Positions 27,201-40,753 of a stretch of 64,000 nt of DNA are shown piece by piece. The stretch lies in the NCBI RefSeq assembly GCF_000181795.1, contig NW_003526945.1, positions 2,067,848-2,131,847 of the forward strand, given 5' to 3'. Source of the stretch: Trichinella spiralis. Taxonomy: Eukaryota. The translations under genes and the position numbers were made by a program. The number at the start of each line of letters is the position of its first letter. Position 1 is the first letter of the stretch. The notes beneath the pieces were generated by a model. The model saw only the letters and a list, made by a program, of their open reading frames with translations. It ran no database searches and was not told the origin of the DNA.

Positions 27201-28935
27201 ATAACGGCCTAGTTTCAAATTTCATCACGGTGGTATTAATTACTTCTCTCTTCTACATGATGTTTCTAAATATGCTACAAAACGAGAAAAAATATAAATT
27301 ATAATTTTGGCAAGAATCATTCATTTTGCTAATTGCATTTCATAATGCTAATTGGAGAAAAAAGCACACTTTTTACAATTATGATTTACTAGTGAAATAA
27401 TTTTTCATCAAATCTGAATGCTTTTTACTAGGTATAGGCTTTGGTAAATAATTTCTTTAAATTTTTTATCGACAACATTAACATTTTTCAAATGTCATGT
27501 TAGTATCTTCCAAGAAAGTACTTCTTCAGTGTGCAACATTTTATGATCAATATATCCAGCTTGATGTCCATTTCATCTTATTATTATTATTATTATTATT
27601 TCTACTGTACTGTTTTGATATATTACTCTCAATTTGGTATTCATTATTAAATTATATACTTTGGAACCAAAAAAGACGTTAGTTATATGAAATTTTCAAT
27701 ATTAGCTTAAAATGTTTTTAAATTAAACACAACAATCAATAAAACTAGGAAATGCTGCACGAAGACGGTTGTTTTGTTGATATACTAATTTTTATGAATT
27801 TTCAGTTTCACAAATCAATTTTGAACAGTAGGACCAAAAAAAACAACAGCGCAATAAAATATTCATTTATGACTATTTTTAGTATTTTTGTTGTTTTACA
27901 ATCTTAACCTGAGCACTAAAGAATGGTACTGTAGTTATTTGCAGTTGCTTGAAACTTATTTTCCTTGTATAAATGCTTCTTAGACTTTGATGAGAATTGA
28001 ATGGAATTGAGCGGTTCCCGTAGAAGGGTGGCATACTTTTTTAATGGTATAGTAACGTTTGATTTCTTTTGAAGTAATAGTTTTATTGGGTCAATTTTCT
28101 GACAGCATCCTATTCTTAATAAAATTCTTTTTTTCACATACAACTTTAGTGTTACTTAATTTTCTCGTCAGGAGAGTATACGACATAAATGTATAATATT
28201 TTGCATTTTATCACTACTGAATATGCATATTGAAATTATTTTCAAAATGACATGTTGCATTTTGATAACTTTTGATTTCACCCTTTTTTGGAAATCCATT
28301 TCAACGCAGTGATAAATTTATCTAAACATATAGATAGCATTAAATATATTTATCATCAAAAGCTATATTTATTTATTTAGTTAGTTTGAATATTTGCACT
28401 TATTTCATAATTGTAATTTTTGGGACAGTTTCACAAGGAAACAATTTACCATACTGAATGTACTTTCTGAATTTCCTTTCACAACGGAAAAAATAATTTT
28501 CATAAAAATATACACTATCTGCATTTTAATATAAACGGAACAGAAAATATTGAAATATTTACAAAGTATAGTTTTAAAGTTGAAAAAAATCCTAATGAAA
28601 GTTGTACAATGAAGCGTTTTGATGACAATTGAACTGACAACTCTAAGCTATTTACGCAAGAAGCATTTGTTTATGCACGCTGCAGATCAATTTGAAGAAA
28701 ATCTACGCAGCAAGCTATTCTATTCTATTCTATTCTATTCTAGTTTTTCTTTTGAAAATAATTGTCATTCATCACTAAATAAAGATGGATCAAAGTGTGC
28801 AAAGTTTAAGCTGTTTACAGTAATTCTGCAATAAATGATGCATGAAATGCTTTTCAGCTGAACTAAATATTATAATAGTACAATAAATAATGTGTATAAT
28901 TAAAAACCGAACATAATAGATCGAATTTTTTATAG

Positions 28936-30722
28936 AAACATTACCACTGTTTCACTTTGGTCCAGGTCATGCCATGAAACCATACAGACATTTTTTAGTT
29001 GATGATCTTGTACAAGGGTACGGTCTTGATGATAAAATGTCTCTAATGGTAAGTTATTCGAAGAGCGAAATGTGTGCATTAATCAAAATGATTGACACTT
29101 TTGAAGAGATACGAACCTGCTTCGAAAGAAGAAATGATAGTATATCATGATTCTTACTACATTGATTTCATAAGTCAGCCGATGGAAAATTTGAAAACTG
29201 AAAAAGCAAATGTCAAAAATGAAGGTATGCTTCTCAATTATTCATCTATTTGGAATGCTACACGATTGCGCATTGTTTTTAAATGTTCAACAGTAAAATA
29301 ATGAAATAATTTATCATGAGAACTACGCATTTCTATATCCAATAAAAATTAGATTGTTTTAAAAAATTTTAGGTAAGCTTTGCAATATGGAGTGATATTA
29401 CTTTTTAGTTTACTTAGACACAGATTGTCCGAATTTCACTGGGCTGTTCGACTACTGCCAACTGATTGCCGGAGGATCGTTGGGTAAAACAATCCACTCA
29501 CTATTATGCATGCGTATATGTATTGATTGATTTGTTTTGCAGCTGCCGCTAGAAGTTTAAATAATGGCTTCTGTGATGTAGCGATAAATTGGGGTGGTGG
29601 ATTGCACCATGCGAAATGGAATCGAGCATACGGTTTTTGCTACGTTAATGATCCTGTTTTAGCAATTGTAGAACTGTTGAAGTATGGCAAAAAAAATCCC
29701 CTGTTATTTTGAACATTAGAATATATGGTTTTCTTTTGTTGTAGGTATAATGGAAGAGTTCTTTATTTGGACATCGACTGCCATCACGGCGACGGAGTAG
29801 AAGCCGCATTTTACTCGACTAACCGCGTAATGACGTTGTCATTTCATTTGTACGAGAAAAATTTTTTCCCCGGTACTGGAAATATGAATGTAATATTAAA
29901 ATGAGAAAATTATTAATGGATCCATTTTCAATAATCCCCTCTTTCACAGGATATAGGTGTTGGTGCAGGTCTTCATCACTCGTCGAATGTTCCACTGAAA
30001 ATGGGAATCACTGATGATGATTATGAACAAATTTTTAAGCCGGTATAATTCTTTTGTTTTTTTACCGCTCCAATATTATATATTTTTGTCTGCTTTGTTT
30101 CAAGATTGTTTCCAACGTTTTGCAAAAGTATCAGCCCAATGTTATTGTAATGCAATGCGGTACTGATTCACTGGCAGGTGATCGTCTTGGTCGTTTGAAT
30201 CTCACATTAAAAGGTATCGATCGACCTCTTTGAAGCTTTCACAATTATAAATGAAATTCAATTTATCTATTCTTATTTTTAACCTTAGGGCATTCAAATT
30301 GTGTAAAATATGTTATTTCCAAAAATATTCCATTAATATTGCTCGGTGGTGGAGGTTATCGGCCGGCGAACGCGGCGCGTTGTTGGACCTTGGAAACGGC
30401 GATCGCTTTGGAAGAAGAGTTGCCAATTTGTAAGTGAAAAATAAACGGACAATTGTTATACTAATTAAAATTATTATTTCAAAATAATCATTTAGCAATA
30501 CCTGAAATCGAAAGTTATGAATATTTCGCCCCAGAATTTCGTTTAGAGATAAGTCCGGTATCAATCGAAAACAAGAACACGTCTAATTATATCAGCGATA
30601 TTTTGTAATTGGGTTTTCTTTTTAAATTTAAATGATTATTTATTTATTTATTTAATTTTAGGGAGAGGGTATTGAAAAATGTGAATTCAGTGGAGATAGC
30701 ACCATCCGTACAACTGGAATAA
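28936..30722 (+). CDS. Class I histone deacetylase, divergent, closest in diagnostic motifs to HDAC3. At least 10 exons (28936-29048, 29107-29224, 29409-29483, 29543-29681, 29745-29889, 29950-30042, 30105-30213, 30289-30429, 30496-30604, 30662-30722); first exon and start codon not resolved
   Basis: Spliced translation gives [102 protein letters not shown] and APSVQLE*. Confidence 0.93.
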
Positions 30723-32477
30723 TGGACTTCTGTCCATTAGCATTGTCAACAAGCAGAATTACCGCCATTCAATTTTCTAGTTCATTGTCTTTTTTCTTAA
30801 TCTTAGTTTGTTGATATCATTGGATAGTGATGCGTATTGTTGTTTTAATAAATAAATAATGGTTAGGTGCTTTTGAACATCTGAAATTTACAAGTTATTT
30901 GAGAAAGTAGATTTGCCGAACATATATGCTGTACTGGTCAACATTTTACACTGTATATGTCCTTTGAAAATGAAGTGTTGCAGAAAAAACAAATAATTTG
31001 CGAAATGAAATTTGCGCCAATGAGTATTTTATACTTGCTTAAAATTTTTGAAAACATAAAACAATTTCAACGAAACTGAACGTCACATTCCACATTGAGT
31101 TGAAATATCGTAAATGCTGTCGAAAGCGCATCGATGGTTTTACATTTGCCTTCTGTTCTTGCCTTTAATAATATTCTATTTTCAATTTATTTTTACTAAT
31201 GTAACGCTTTTTTTAAATTAATTATCTAATGAATTAATAATTTCTGTTTCGTTTTCAAGCAGCCCATCATAAACAATGCTGAGAATTATCCTAACAATCA
31301 AAATATTCGCCATTTTAAGACTACTTCGTGCATATGGAAATTAAATATAGCTCTTTTCTCATGCAGTCTGCTTGTGATAATTTATTCGCTGGAAATGTGT
31401 CGAGCCGTACGATGAACAGAATTTGCGCATCAAAATTGCTCAGTTCAATGATGAAGAAAACAAATAAACGGCCATTCTCAATTTTCAGAATTAATTAATT
31501 AGAATTTCTTCTTTCATGTCAACTAATTTATTTAATAACTTAATCTGTATTTAACTGATTAATAAGTTTTATAAATAAAATTTCTCATCAACAACTTTTG
31601 TGAATGAAAAGCGCAATCGAATGTATTTTAGCAAAAGCATACCTATGAAAAAAAAACTATTTGAAAAATTGCAGCAGCACGCTATTTAAACGTAATAAGC
31701 AGTTTAAATTTTATAAGATAAACTCATGAAATGAAAACTTTTCTCAGATAAAAAACAGAATCAACAAAAATATGATTAAATTTTGTCGTAGCCGAAAATT
31801 TCTGAATTTTAAAACTCAATATTGAGTGTGAGCAACTTTACCAACTATTTAATTTCAACAAGCCGCACAATTAAGCTGTTATCATTAATAAATCTTAAAT
31901 TTACATCAATTGTAGGCGGAAAAAATTCAAACATCCTCGTTTCAAGTGGAATACAGGAAGGAAGACAAATCGAATCTGAATACTCGATCGCGAAAATTGT
32001 TCACGTTCGCCGGCGAACACAAAACGCAACTGAATAGTCGCGCCGTTTATTTAATATAAGACACAATTCGAGACGCAAACACTGCCGAAAGTGTCAGAAC
32101 GCAGCAAAAAGGGAACCATAACCATCTCAACCGACCATCACCCATTATCAATACAACAACAACGGAAAAACTACAGTAAATTACCGTAATCCCAAACTGA
32201 GGTACGGATCAACAAGATTTGCCCAGCCCAGTAAGAATTTCAAATAGTGATGTTTTTGTAAATTTAAAGTGTTATAAATAACACTATGTTATTTTGTAAA
32301 TTATTAAGTTTTAAAACTATTCTTGAAATAAATGTTTATTTCAAATTATATCTCAAATATGTGGTATTTTTCGTCGAAAAGAATATGTTTGTACTTTTGT
32401 TCGTTATTATAATAATTACAGTAATTTGTACAAAAATAAAATTAAAATTTATTTACTTAATATTCTGTATTTTTAAT

Positions 32478-33625
32478 ATGGCAGAAGTGTTAATTGATAA
32501 AAATGCCAAAAAAAATTTATATTAACTGTGCCAAGAGCTCAAGTGACACCTCAACAGACAGCAATTTGAAAATTATTCACGTTGAGGAGGAGAAAGTTGG
32601 TGAAGAGGTTGATGAAGAAAAGAAAAGAAAGGCTAAGTGAAAGAAAGATGAAAGAAATTTGCTCGCATTAGAACGTCTGAAAAAGCTTCGTTTTGACTTG
32701 AAACCTACGCATGGAATCAATTAATCAGTTTAAATCTTTTCAGTGGAAAAGAATATTCTTTCACCAGTTGATTATTGGCCAGAAAGTTGAAAAGAATCGT
32801 TGTAATATTAACAAGAAAATTCCTCTAAACGAAACTAGAAACCACGAACGTCAGATTTCATTTGGTGGAAAATCAGCCCTTTCCCTACGTCAAAAACCCA
32901 TCCCATCGTCAGTAAGGAACACTCAACAGTTGGAAATCTTATTTCACCCTATACATGTCGTTCGAAGAGCTTACCTTAAACTTATGAACCGTGGAAAACT
33001 ATTTTTTCGATAACTGTACATATCGTAATAAAATTTCCATAAATTCGATTCGGTAAATAATAGTTCTTTTTCAAAATTACTCATATTTAAAAAAAATAAA
33101 ATTATTGAATTTATTGAATTTGTTATTATAAAGGAATTAGATTTTTCTATTTACAAATGTAATATGAAAAATAGCTTACAGTTGATTCCTGAACTTCCAC
33201 TGCATGACAAGTTGAATGCATCGGCGATCATTTCCATTACATCAGTTGGATATGACGAAACGATCGGTGCCAGTATTATTTCCACAGTCAGTTTCCATAT
33301 GCAGGCTTCATTTGGAGCCAAATTTTGTAAGAAATCAGCAAATGGCAAAAAAGAAAACAGACAAACGAGAAAAAGCATAAATTTAAGGTTCGACGTCGAG
33401 CAATTTTGGAAAAAAAATTTTCATCTTTTAAAAACGAGGAAATCAGCAATGTTTGAGCAAAGAGAATTTTGAACACTTGGCATGAGTTGACTTATTCTGC
33501 TTCACAGTCGGTCAAAGATAATGATCTTAATAAAAGGGAGCCGCAAATGATGGCAAAAGCGGTTTTTAACGAAATAGCAAAATTACGCTCTACAGTAACT
33601 CCAGGAAAGGATCAGTCTAAGTAAT
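32478..33625 (+). pseudogene. Probable decayed gene: charged N-terminal segment followed by fragments weakly resembling an MSP/VAP-type domain
   Basis: After the ATG at 32478 the reading is protein-like but interrupted (IIHVEEEKVGEEVDEEKKRKAK*KKDERNLLALERLKKLRFDLK), followed by ORFs 32711-33013 and 33164-33472. The family assignment is a guess. Confidence 0.3.
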
Positions 33626-34887
33626 AAAAGGAAAGAATATATTTACAATTAAAAAAATTATTTATTTATCAAATGTTTGACAATAAACGAAAGTTTTATT
33701 TTGTGGGCGGCTATTTAATTTAACTAATATTGATGCACCGAATTTGAAAACACATTATAGGGATTTTGAAGAGTCAATCGGAAAGAAGTATATGCTGATA
33801 TGAATTTTTATTGCTATCTGTAGATGTATACATTGTTGATTTATTTGAGATATGAACAATATTAATTTTTTCACGGTGTCCCTCTCTTGGTTAGTATGTC
33901 CAGTAGAAATTTGGCTTGTTCACTTAAAGAAAAAGCCTAGAACGATTGTTTGAAACTTTGAGTGACCAAGCAGCACAACCTATCACAAGTAAGCCACCTT
34001 TTTTTGATTATTTTAAGAACAAAATTTATACTGTGAATATGTTTTATTGTACCTTTTGCTTTTATACTTTTAATTTTGTACTTTAGCCTTTCCCATTTCT
34101 TTAAAATGTTGTTTTTGTAGTGTATTTTTTCATAGTCTAAAAATTTATACAATAATTTTATACTTTTAATTTTGATATTAAAGGATATTTAACTAGTCTT
34201 ATTGATAGCACCAATCCCGGCCTTAAAGATGTTTATGAAAGACGATATACCACGGAAACGAAAAGTGATTCGCAGTAAAGCATAGTAAAGCACGAATACG
34301 CAGTGAATACGATGGTTTATTGGGTTAAAAATTTTTTTATCATACGTTTGTATGATTTAGGATTGTGCGTGTGAATGACATTTAATCGAAAATTTCATTT
34401 TTTTTGACTTCCAATAAAACAATTTTGAACCTTTAACTTGATCAAGTATGCAATTTTAAAGAAAAGTAAGTTTCAAATAACAATGTTTAGTTTTATTTAT
34501 GAAACAGCAAACGGTGTATTGAATCAAATGTTATTAGTGGCATTGGATTATTTATTTAAATTTAAGAAATTATTTTATTTTTGAATTTTAAGAAATATTT
34601 TTAATAGTAAAAGTCACCTAAGTCTATTAATTCACAGACACACACACACGCATATATATATATATATATACATATACATGCAGTATAAAATAGAAATTAT
34701 ATTATATCGTAATTTTTAGTTTCAATTTTAAAAATTACAAGTAGGATAAGTTTTAAAAAAATTAGTTAATGATGTTCAAGCTTCTTTTTTAAGCGGTAAA
34801 TTGTTATTACGGTAGTTTTAAAGCAATTTCTTATTTTAAAGCTACGTGAAAAGAAGTTCATTGTTTCTCGATTTCTTTGCTTCTACG

Positions 34888-37800
34888 ATGCAGAATCCAC
34901 AAGGTATGGCTTTAATTTTATTTATTGTTGGACGGTTTTTTAATATAATACAGAGAGAGGGCTGTCTGTTTCTAGTTGTGACGTTTTTCAATTTGAAATA
35001 AACTCCTAATAAATAATTTGTAATTTGTTAACTATAAGGCCGCCACCCCTTTGTACCATTCGTGTTGGTAATGCAGGTAGCATGAAGTTTGGGTTGATCA
35101 ATTTCAAATTTTTATTTTAACAAACAATTCAGTGTGTACTTTTTATTGAATTTGTCTTTTCACAGAAGTTTTAAATATTCCCTTTCTGTGGTATTTATTT
35201 TTCATAACTTTATCGTGCGATCAATTGGTTTTCATGCGTAATAGCTTTCTTCACGGCACGAAATGAATAATCCGTGCGATGTTGTCCGTTTTGTTAATAT
35301 GTAATTATATATGTAATAATGTTAATATATTAGCTGACATAGGTTATCGATAATTTTCAATTTTGAACTGTCATCAAATACTCAGATTTTTGTGTTGTCT
35401 TCATCTTTTTTTGCTAAAATGGTGCTTCAAGTCAATTTTATTAAATATTTGTTCTTCTGTTTGTCCATTACGGCTATTTTTATTTATACGTTCAATCTGA
35501 TCCCAATGCTACCTTCTCATTGGTCATGTTAATTTTTCAGTTATTTGTTTAATATTTTTTTAAAAAAATCAATTTTTTCATGTTTTTTTAAAAAGTAAAC
35601 AATTTTATTGTATAAAAATTAATTGTGTTTAATTTTATCATACTAAGGTCATTGAAGGGAATTCAGGCAATGTTTACAGTATGTGTTGTTTTCATCGGCT
35701 CGTTTTGTACCCCAACAGCGCTGAATTTGTAGTGGTTGTTTTTGATAATTTTTGAAATGTATTTAAAAACTCACAAATCAATTGATTGTGTTTGTTTTCA
35801 AGTGTGATTTAATGTCTGTTGTTTTAATTTTAGGAGTTTTCGACGATTCTTTCGAAGAATTGATTTCAGGAATGGATGACAACTTCAACACCGTGACGCC
35901 TTTCAATTTGCTCCAAGAGTCGAGTTATTTTACCAGTGATTTACTTGTTGAAGAAGTGGAGCGAAAGCACGTGGAACATTCGAAGCACAGAAATTGATCT
36001 GTTGATTATGGTGTGGTTTAAACTTAATTTTTAGGGAAAATTCGACATTGTTGCGATGTGTCGATTCTGGTGGTACTGCTAAACGGGTGTGGCTTGAAGA
36101 ATACTGGTCGGACGGTATGTTCAAAGAGGGCGACAAAGTTCGAGCGTTTTTACCAAAGAATTCGTCAGAGATGGATGAGTTTCACATTTCGAACAAAAGT
36201 GGCGCGGTGATTCTGAATCCCAGTTCAGTTGTGGGGGTGAACCGAATATCCAATGGCCACTTTTGCACGAGAAAGTAAATTTTGATTGATTTGCTTCTTT
36301 TTTTTTGAAATTTCAATTCAATATAATTAATATCATTCATTACCTACCTCTAGAAGCGTTTTAATGGAAATCTTCAAAGGTTTCGACAAACCTGGGTTGA
36401 AAACTCAAGTTGGAATTATCGCCCATAAAATGTTTCAAAGAGTAAGTGTTTTTTTTAATACATTCTAATTTGTTTCTTTTTCAATTGAATTGAATTTAAA
36501 TTTAGGCGGTGAAAGAGTCGATCAGTGATGAGGACACGTTGCGCAAGATGATATTGGAAATAAGCAAAAACGTTGAATTTGTCCAAAATCAGTATGTGAC
36601 TGTTGAAAAATTGAGAAATCAACTACTGAGAAATGAAAAATTGCAGATATTATTATGACATTGATCCGGTCGCTCTAAATTCTGAACTGCAATCTTTTGT
36701 AAAAGCTATTGCTAAATTTGTTCAGAATTTTCTGTCCAATCGCAATCCACTTCCCGGCGTCGTGCCGTCCACTGTTATAGACCGCGTGCTAGCCGTCGAA
36801 GAAGAAATGATCAGCGAAAAGTAGTTGTTTGAAAAATTTACATGAATTAAGAATAAATTCTTTTTTTGCAGATTCGGTTTTCGTGGAAGTATAGATATGA
36901 CAATGGGAGTGAAAGTTGACGCTGATCAGAAATCAACTCTGATGCCATTTGAATTGAAAACTGGTAAAGTTTCGCAGTACGGTGATCATATTGCTCAGGT
37001 TGGTTATTGTTATTTTTAGTATACTACAAAATTTACATATTATTTGTATTGTTATTTTTTCAATTTGTCTGTTTAGGTGATGTTATACTGCTTGTTGCTT
37101 TCTAGCAACAATCACGAAAGCTGCGAACGTGGGTTGCTTTATTATTGTGGTGGAGATGAATTGAAAGCGGTGGATACGAAAATGAATGAACTCAACGGTA
37201 AAATGGTGTTCTTTTCTATAATGTATATTTATCGTGCCAAGTTGGCAATTGTAGAATTAATGAATGAATACAATGCACGACAAGTTAATAATAATTTCCC
37301 TTTTTCAATTGCTAGGCTTACTTCGGATGAGAAATGAAGTTACTTATTATTTGCATCGATTTTTCGATGATCCAGAAGCATGCGACTTATTATTACCAGG
37401 TCCGATTAAGAATATGAAAATTTGTCGGCAGTGTCCACAGATGTTGAACTGTTGCTTGCGGCAGAAGTAAGATAATTTTGTGATTTAATTATTTATTAAT
37501 AAGGCAAATGCAATAGCAGCACTGTGTGAGAGATGATTTTGTGAAATGGTGCTTTTTAGAATCTGCGATGAGGCGTTTATTAGAGATTCACCCTGGGATG
37601 CGATGCTTGAGGCGGAGTTGTGGCACTTGAACAAAGAACATGTACAGTATGTTAACCGTTGGACGACATGGCTCCGGATGGAAGGGACTGAAGAGCGTAT
37701 GCGTGGCAGGAGGAATTCCAATATCGACTACGATGAAGAAGAGTATGCAATTGGAGAATGTTTGTTATTTGAATTTTTCGAACATTTTGTTTTTCCAGAG

Positions 37801-40392
37801 AACACAGTACTGAAGAATGTGGTATAGCAATGTCAGTTCAACAATTTAAAGAAAACTCGCGCGTCTTGACCCTTGCACCTTTATCGTATTTGATATTGGT
37901 TGTTTTGTATGAAAAGAAATGCTTAATTGTCATTTTTAGGAATGTGAACTTAATTCAAATGTTCAGTCCTTATGATCAAGTGTTGCTGAACGGAATTGGA
38001 GAACGTACTTTGCCGATTTTCGCCACAATAATCACCGTTGAGCTTCAACAGATCGATGTGCAATTTTCCCGGTAATTTTTGTTTATTTTTTCATCAACAA
38101 ACAAACAAACAAACAAACATCCGTTTCATTTGATGATGTCAGATGTTGCGAATTCATGCATTCTTGTGATTTTCTTGTGAGAAGAGTGAAAACGAAACCC
38201 TTTTTTGACTCCACCATCACTACTGTTTACAGATTGATGGCCAGCAACACAATAGCGTAAACAATTTTCTCCCTTTTTTATATTATTTGCTTGTGTATGC
38301 AAATTTTCAGAAATAGAAAGCGTCAGTTGATCATCGATTTGGACGAGCCACATTTTAGAATAAGCTTATGCTCGGAAATAGTGCAGAAAATGAAATTGTT
38401 TTGCAAGGGGTTGAATGCGGAACAGAAATCCGCCATTGTCAAAGTCATTTTTGATCAACTATCATTTCCCATATTATAATATTGAAATTAGTTTCCCATT
38501 TAGACAATGTTGGCTGACGATTATGTTCTTATCAAAGGTTTCCCTGGATCTGGTATTGTATATACAATTGTTTTCTTGATTTTAAAATTCAGTGAATACA
38601 AATTAAAAAAAAAGAATTAATGATACGTACATTCTCTTGCTGCTTGGTATGCAAGGGGATGCAAAGTATATAAACTTTATGATTTCAGGAAAATCTTCAG
38701 CTGTAATAGCTTTGATACGGACTTTTATTTCAAATGGCAACTCCGTTCTCGTCTGCGCATACACCAATTCTGCGGTCGACCACATTCTCCTTAAATTGAA
38801 AACCGTATACTTATTCAGAATTATCCAACAACAAAACCAATTGCAATTTTAAAATTGGTTATTCTTTAGCACATTACTGATATTTTACGACTCGGTCCGT
38901 CGTTCATTGTCCATCCCGATATACGACAATTTACACTGGAAGCAATTTTTGCGAACAAAGAACCTCGACTGGATGAGGTTGCGGAAATTCTCAGCTCAAC
39001 TGTACGTATAGCGCTTTTCAGTGAAATTTGAAAATTTCATTTTCACCTGTGATTTTCCATCTTCTAAACAACCATTCAGGAAATATTCGTTGAAATTGAT
39101 TCAACGAATTCAGTAAATAAATATTGTGAATAAAAATAATTTCCATTCCATATTTTCATGTAGCTGTTGGTCGGCTGTACTTGTACTACTGCTACTATGC
39201 ATCCATTGTTGAGAAAAAGAACATTTAATTTATGCATAATTGATGAAGCAACTTTGGCTACAGAAGCGATGAGTATTGGACCACTGTTGGCTGCGGAAAA
39301 GTTTGTCCTTGTCGGAGATCCACTCCAACTGAAACCATTGGTTCAATCAGAACGTGCTCGGTAATTTTTTCCATTGTATACACTGATGTTCATTATAATT
39401 TTATTCATAATTGTTTTTCTTTATTCTTCCACTGATGGTTCAGAAAACAGGGAATGGATATTAGTTTGTTTTCAAAGCTGGAACAGAAATATCCAGACGC
39501 TGTGGTAACTTTGAAACGGCAATATCGAATGAATCGGTAGGTTTGAACATGTACAGTTAGTTAGTGCAACTAGTCGCTTTTGCGATTTGAAACTATTCAA
39601 ACTGAAATTTTTAAATAATGCACAATTCAGGGAAATTTGTAAATTGAGCAACCAAATGTTTTACAATGGAGAACTTGTTGCTGCAAATGACGAAGTTGCG
39701 AATGCATTCCTGAATGTGACGGTTGACGATGACGTAGCAGAAGAACCATGGGTGCGTAGATGCCTGAGCTCGTTACCAGAGCACGCGGTCGTATTTTTGG
39801 ACACTAGCAATTGTAAAGACAACTCTGCTACACGTCAGGGCATTGCGCATGTGGAGAACAAACTTGAAGTGGATCTCGTTGTGAAACTTTGCCAGACTTT
39901 TTCAAAGGTGATAAACGTGTCCATTTTTGAATACTGCAATTTTATTGAATATTTCCATTTTTTCAGAGTGGATTAGACGATGATGAAATTGGTGTTATGT
40001 CCATTTTCAAAACGCAGGTGGAATGTATACGACGATCTTTGAAATCTTCGGGTTCGAATGGAATTGAAGTGAACACTGTGGATCAGTACCAAGGCAAGGA
40101 TAAAGATGTAATTATTGTATCTTTCGTTTGGACAAAAGAACTGAAGCGAAAACTGAATACGGTAAGATTGGCATAATGTGCGATGATAATAAATATATGA
40201 TATGGAAAAAATTTTTTTCTTTAGACATGCCATCTTTTGAAAAATGCTCGACGCGTCAACGTTGCCCTCACTCGGGCTCGGAAAAAGCTCATCCTAGTAG
40301 GTCATTATAACGATCTAAAAGCAGATAACCCTGTTTTTGAAAACTTACATAATATACTGTCAGAAACGCAGATTTTCCCAGTTATGTTGTGA
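34888..40392 (+). CDS. DNA2: DNA replication helicase/nuclease DNA2, multi-exon (start at 34888 is tentative; secure homology from ~36030)
   Basis: Fe-S cysteines HFCTRK ... CRQCPQMLNC, nuclease motifs GSIDMT / PFELKTG / HIAQVMLY, and SF1 helicase motifs KGFPGSGKS, AYTNSAVDHIL, IIDEA, LVGDPLQL, LKRQYRMN, TVDQYQGKDKD and RRVNVALTRARKKLILVG. Stop tga at 40390-40392. Confidence 0.95.
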
Positions 40393-40753
40393 AATCATTG
40401 TTCCTTTCATGGTTACAATCGAATTTTCTGCGAATATTTTTTGTTTTATTGATCGGTTTCTGCTGCTAGTAGATAACATTAAAATAAAGCTTCAGTAGAG
40501 TAATTGGGCGATGATCAAAGAATGTTCATCTCTGAAAAATTCTCAGCGTATATATTAAGGTACATAAAAAAATATTCGATAAATTCATTAAATTCTATTT
40601 TAAATTTAATAAATTTTAATGTCATCATCAATCATAAAAATTCCAGCTCTGCAAATGCAAAATAAAACAATAACCTCAACCATTTCAAATAAAAAGATAA
40701 AACCCCAAATCAATTACTTTAGCAACAATCGTTCCATCACTGTACATGTAAAT

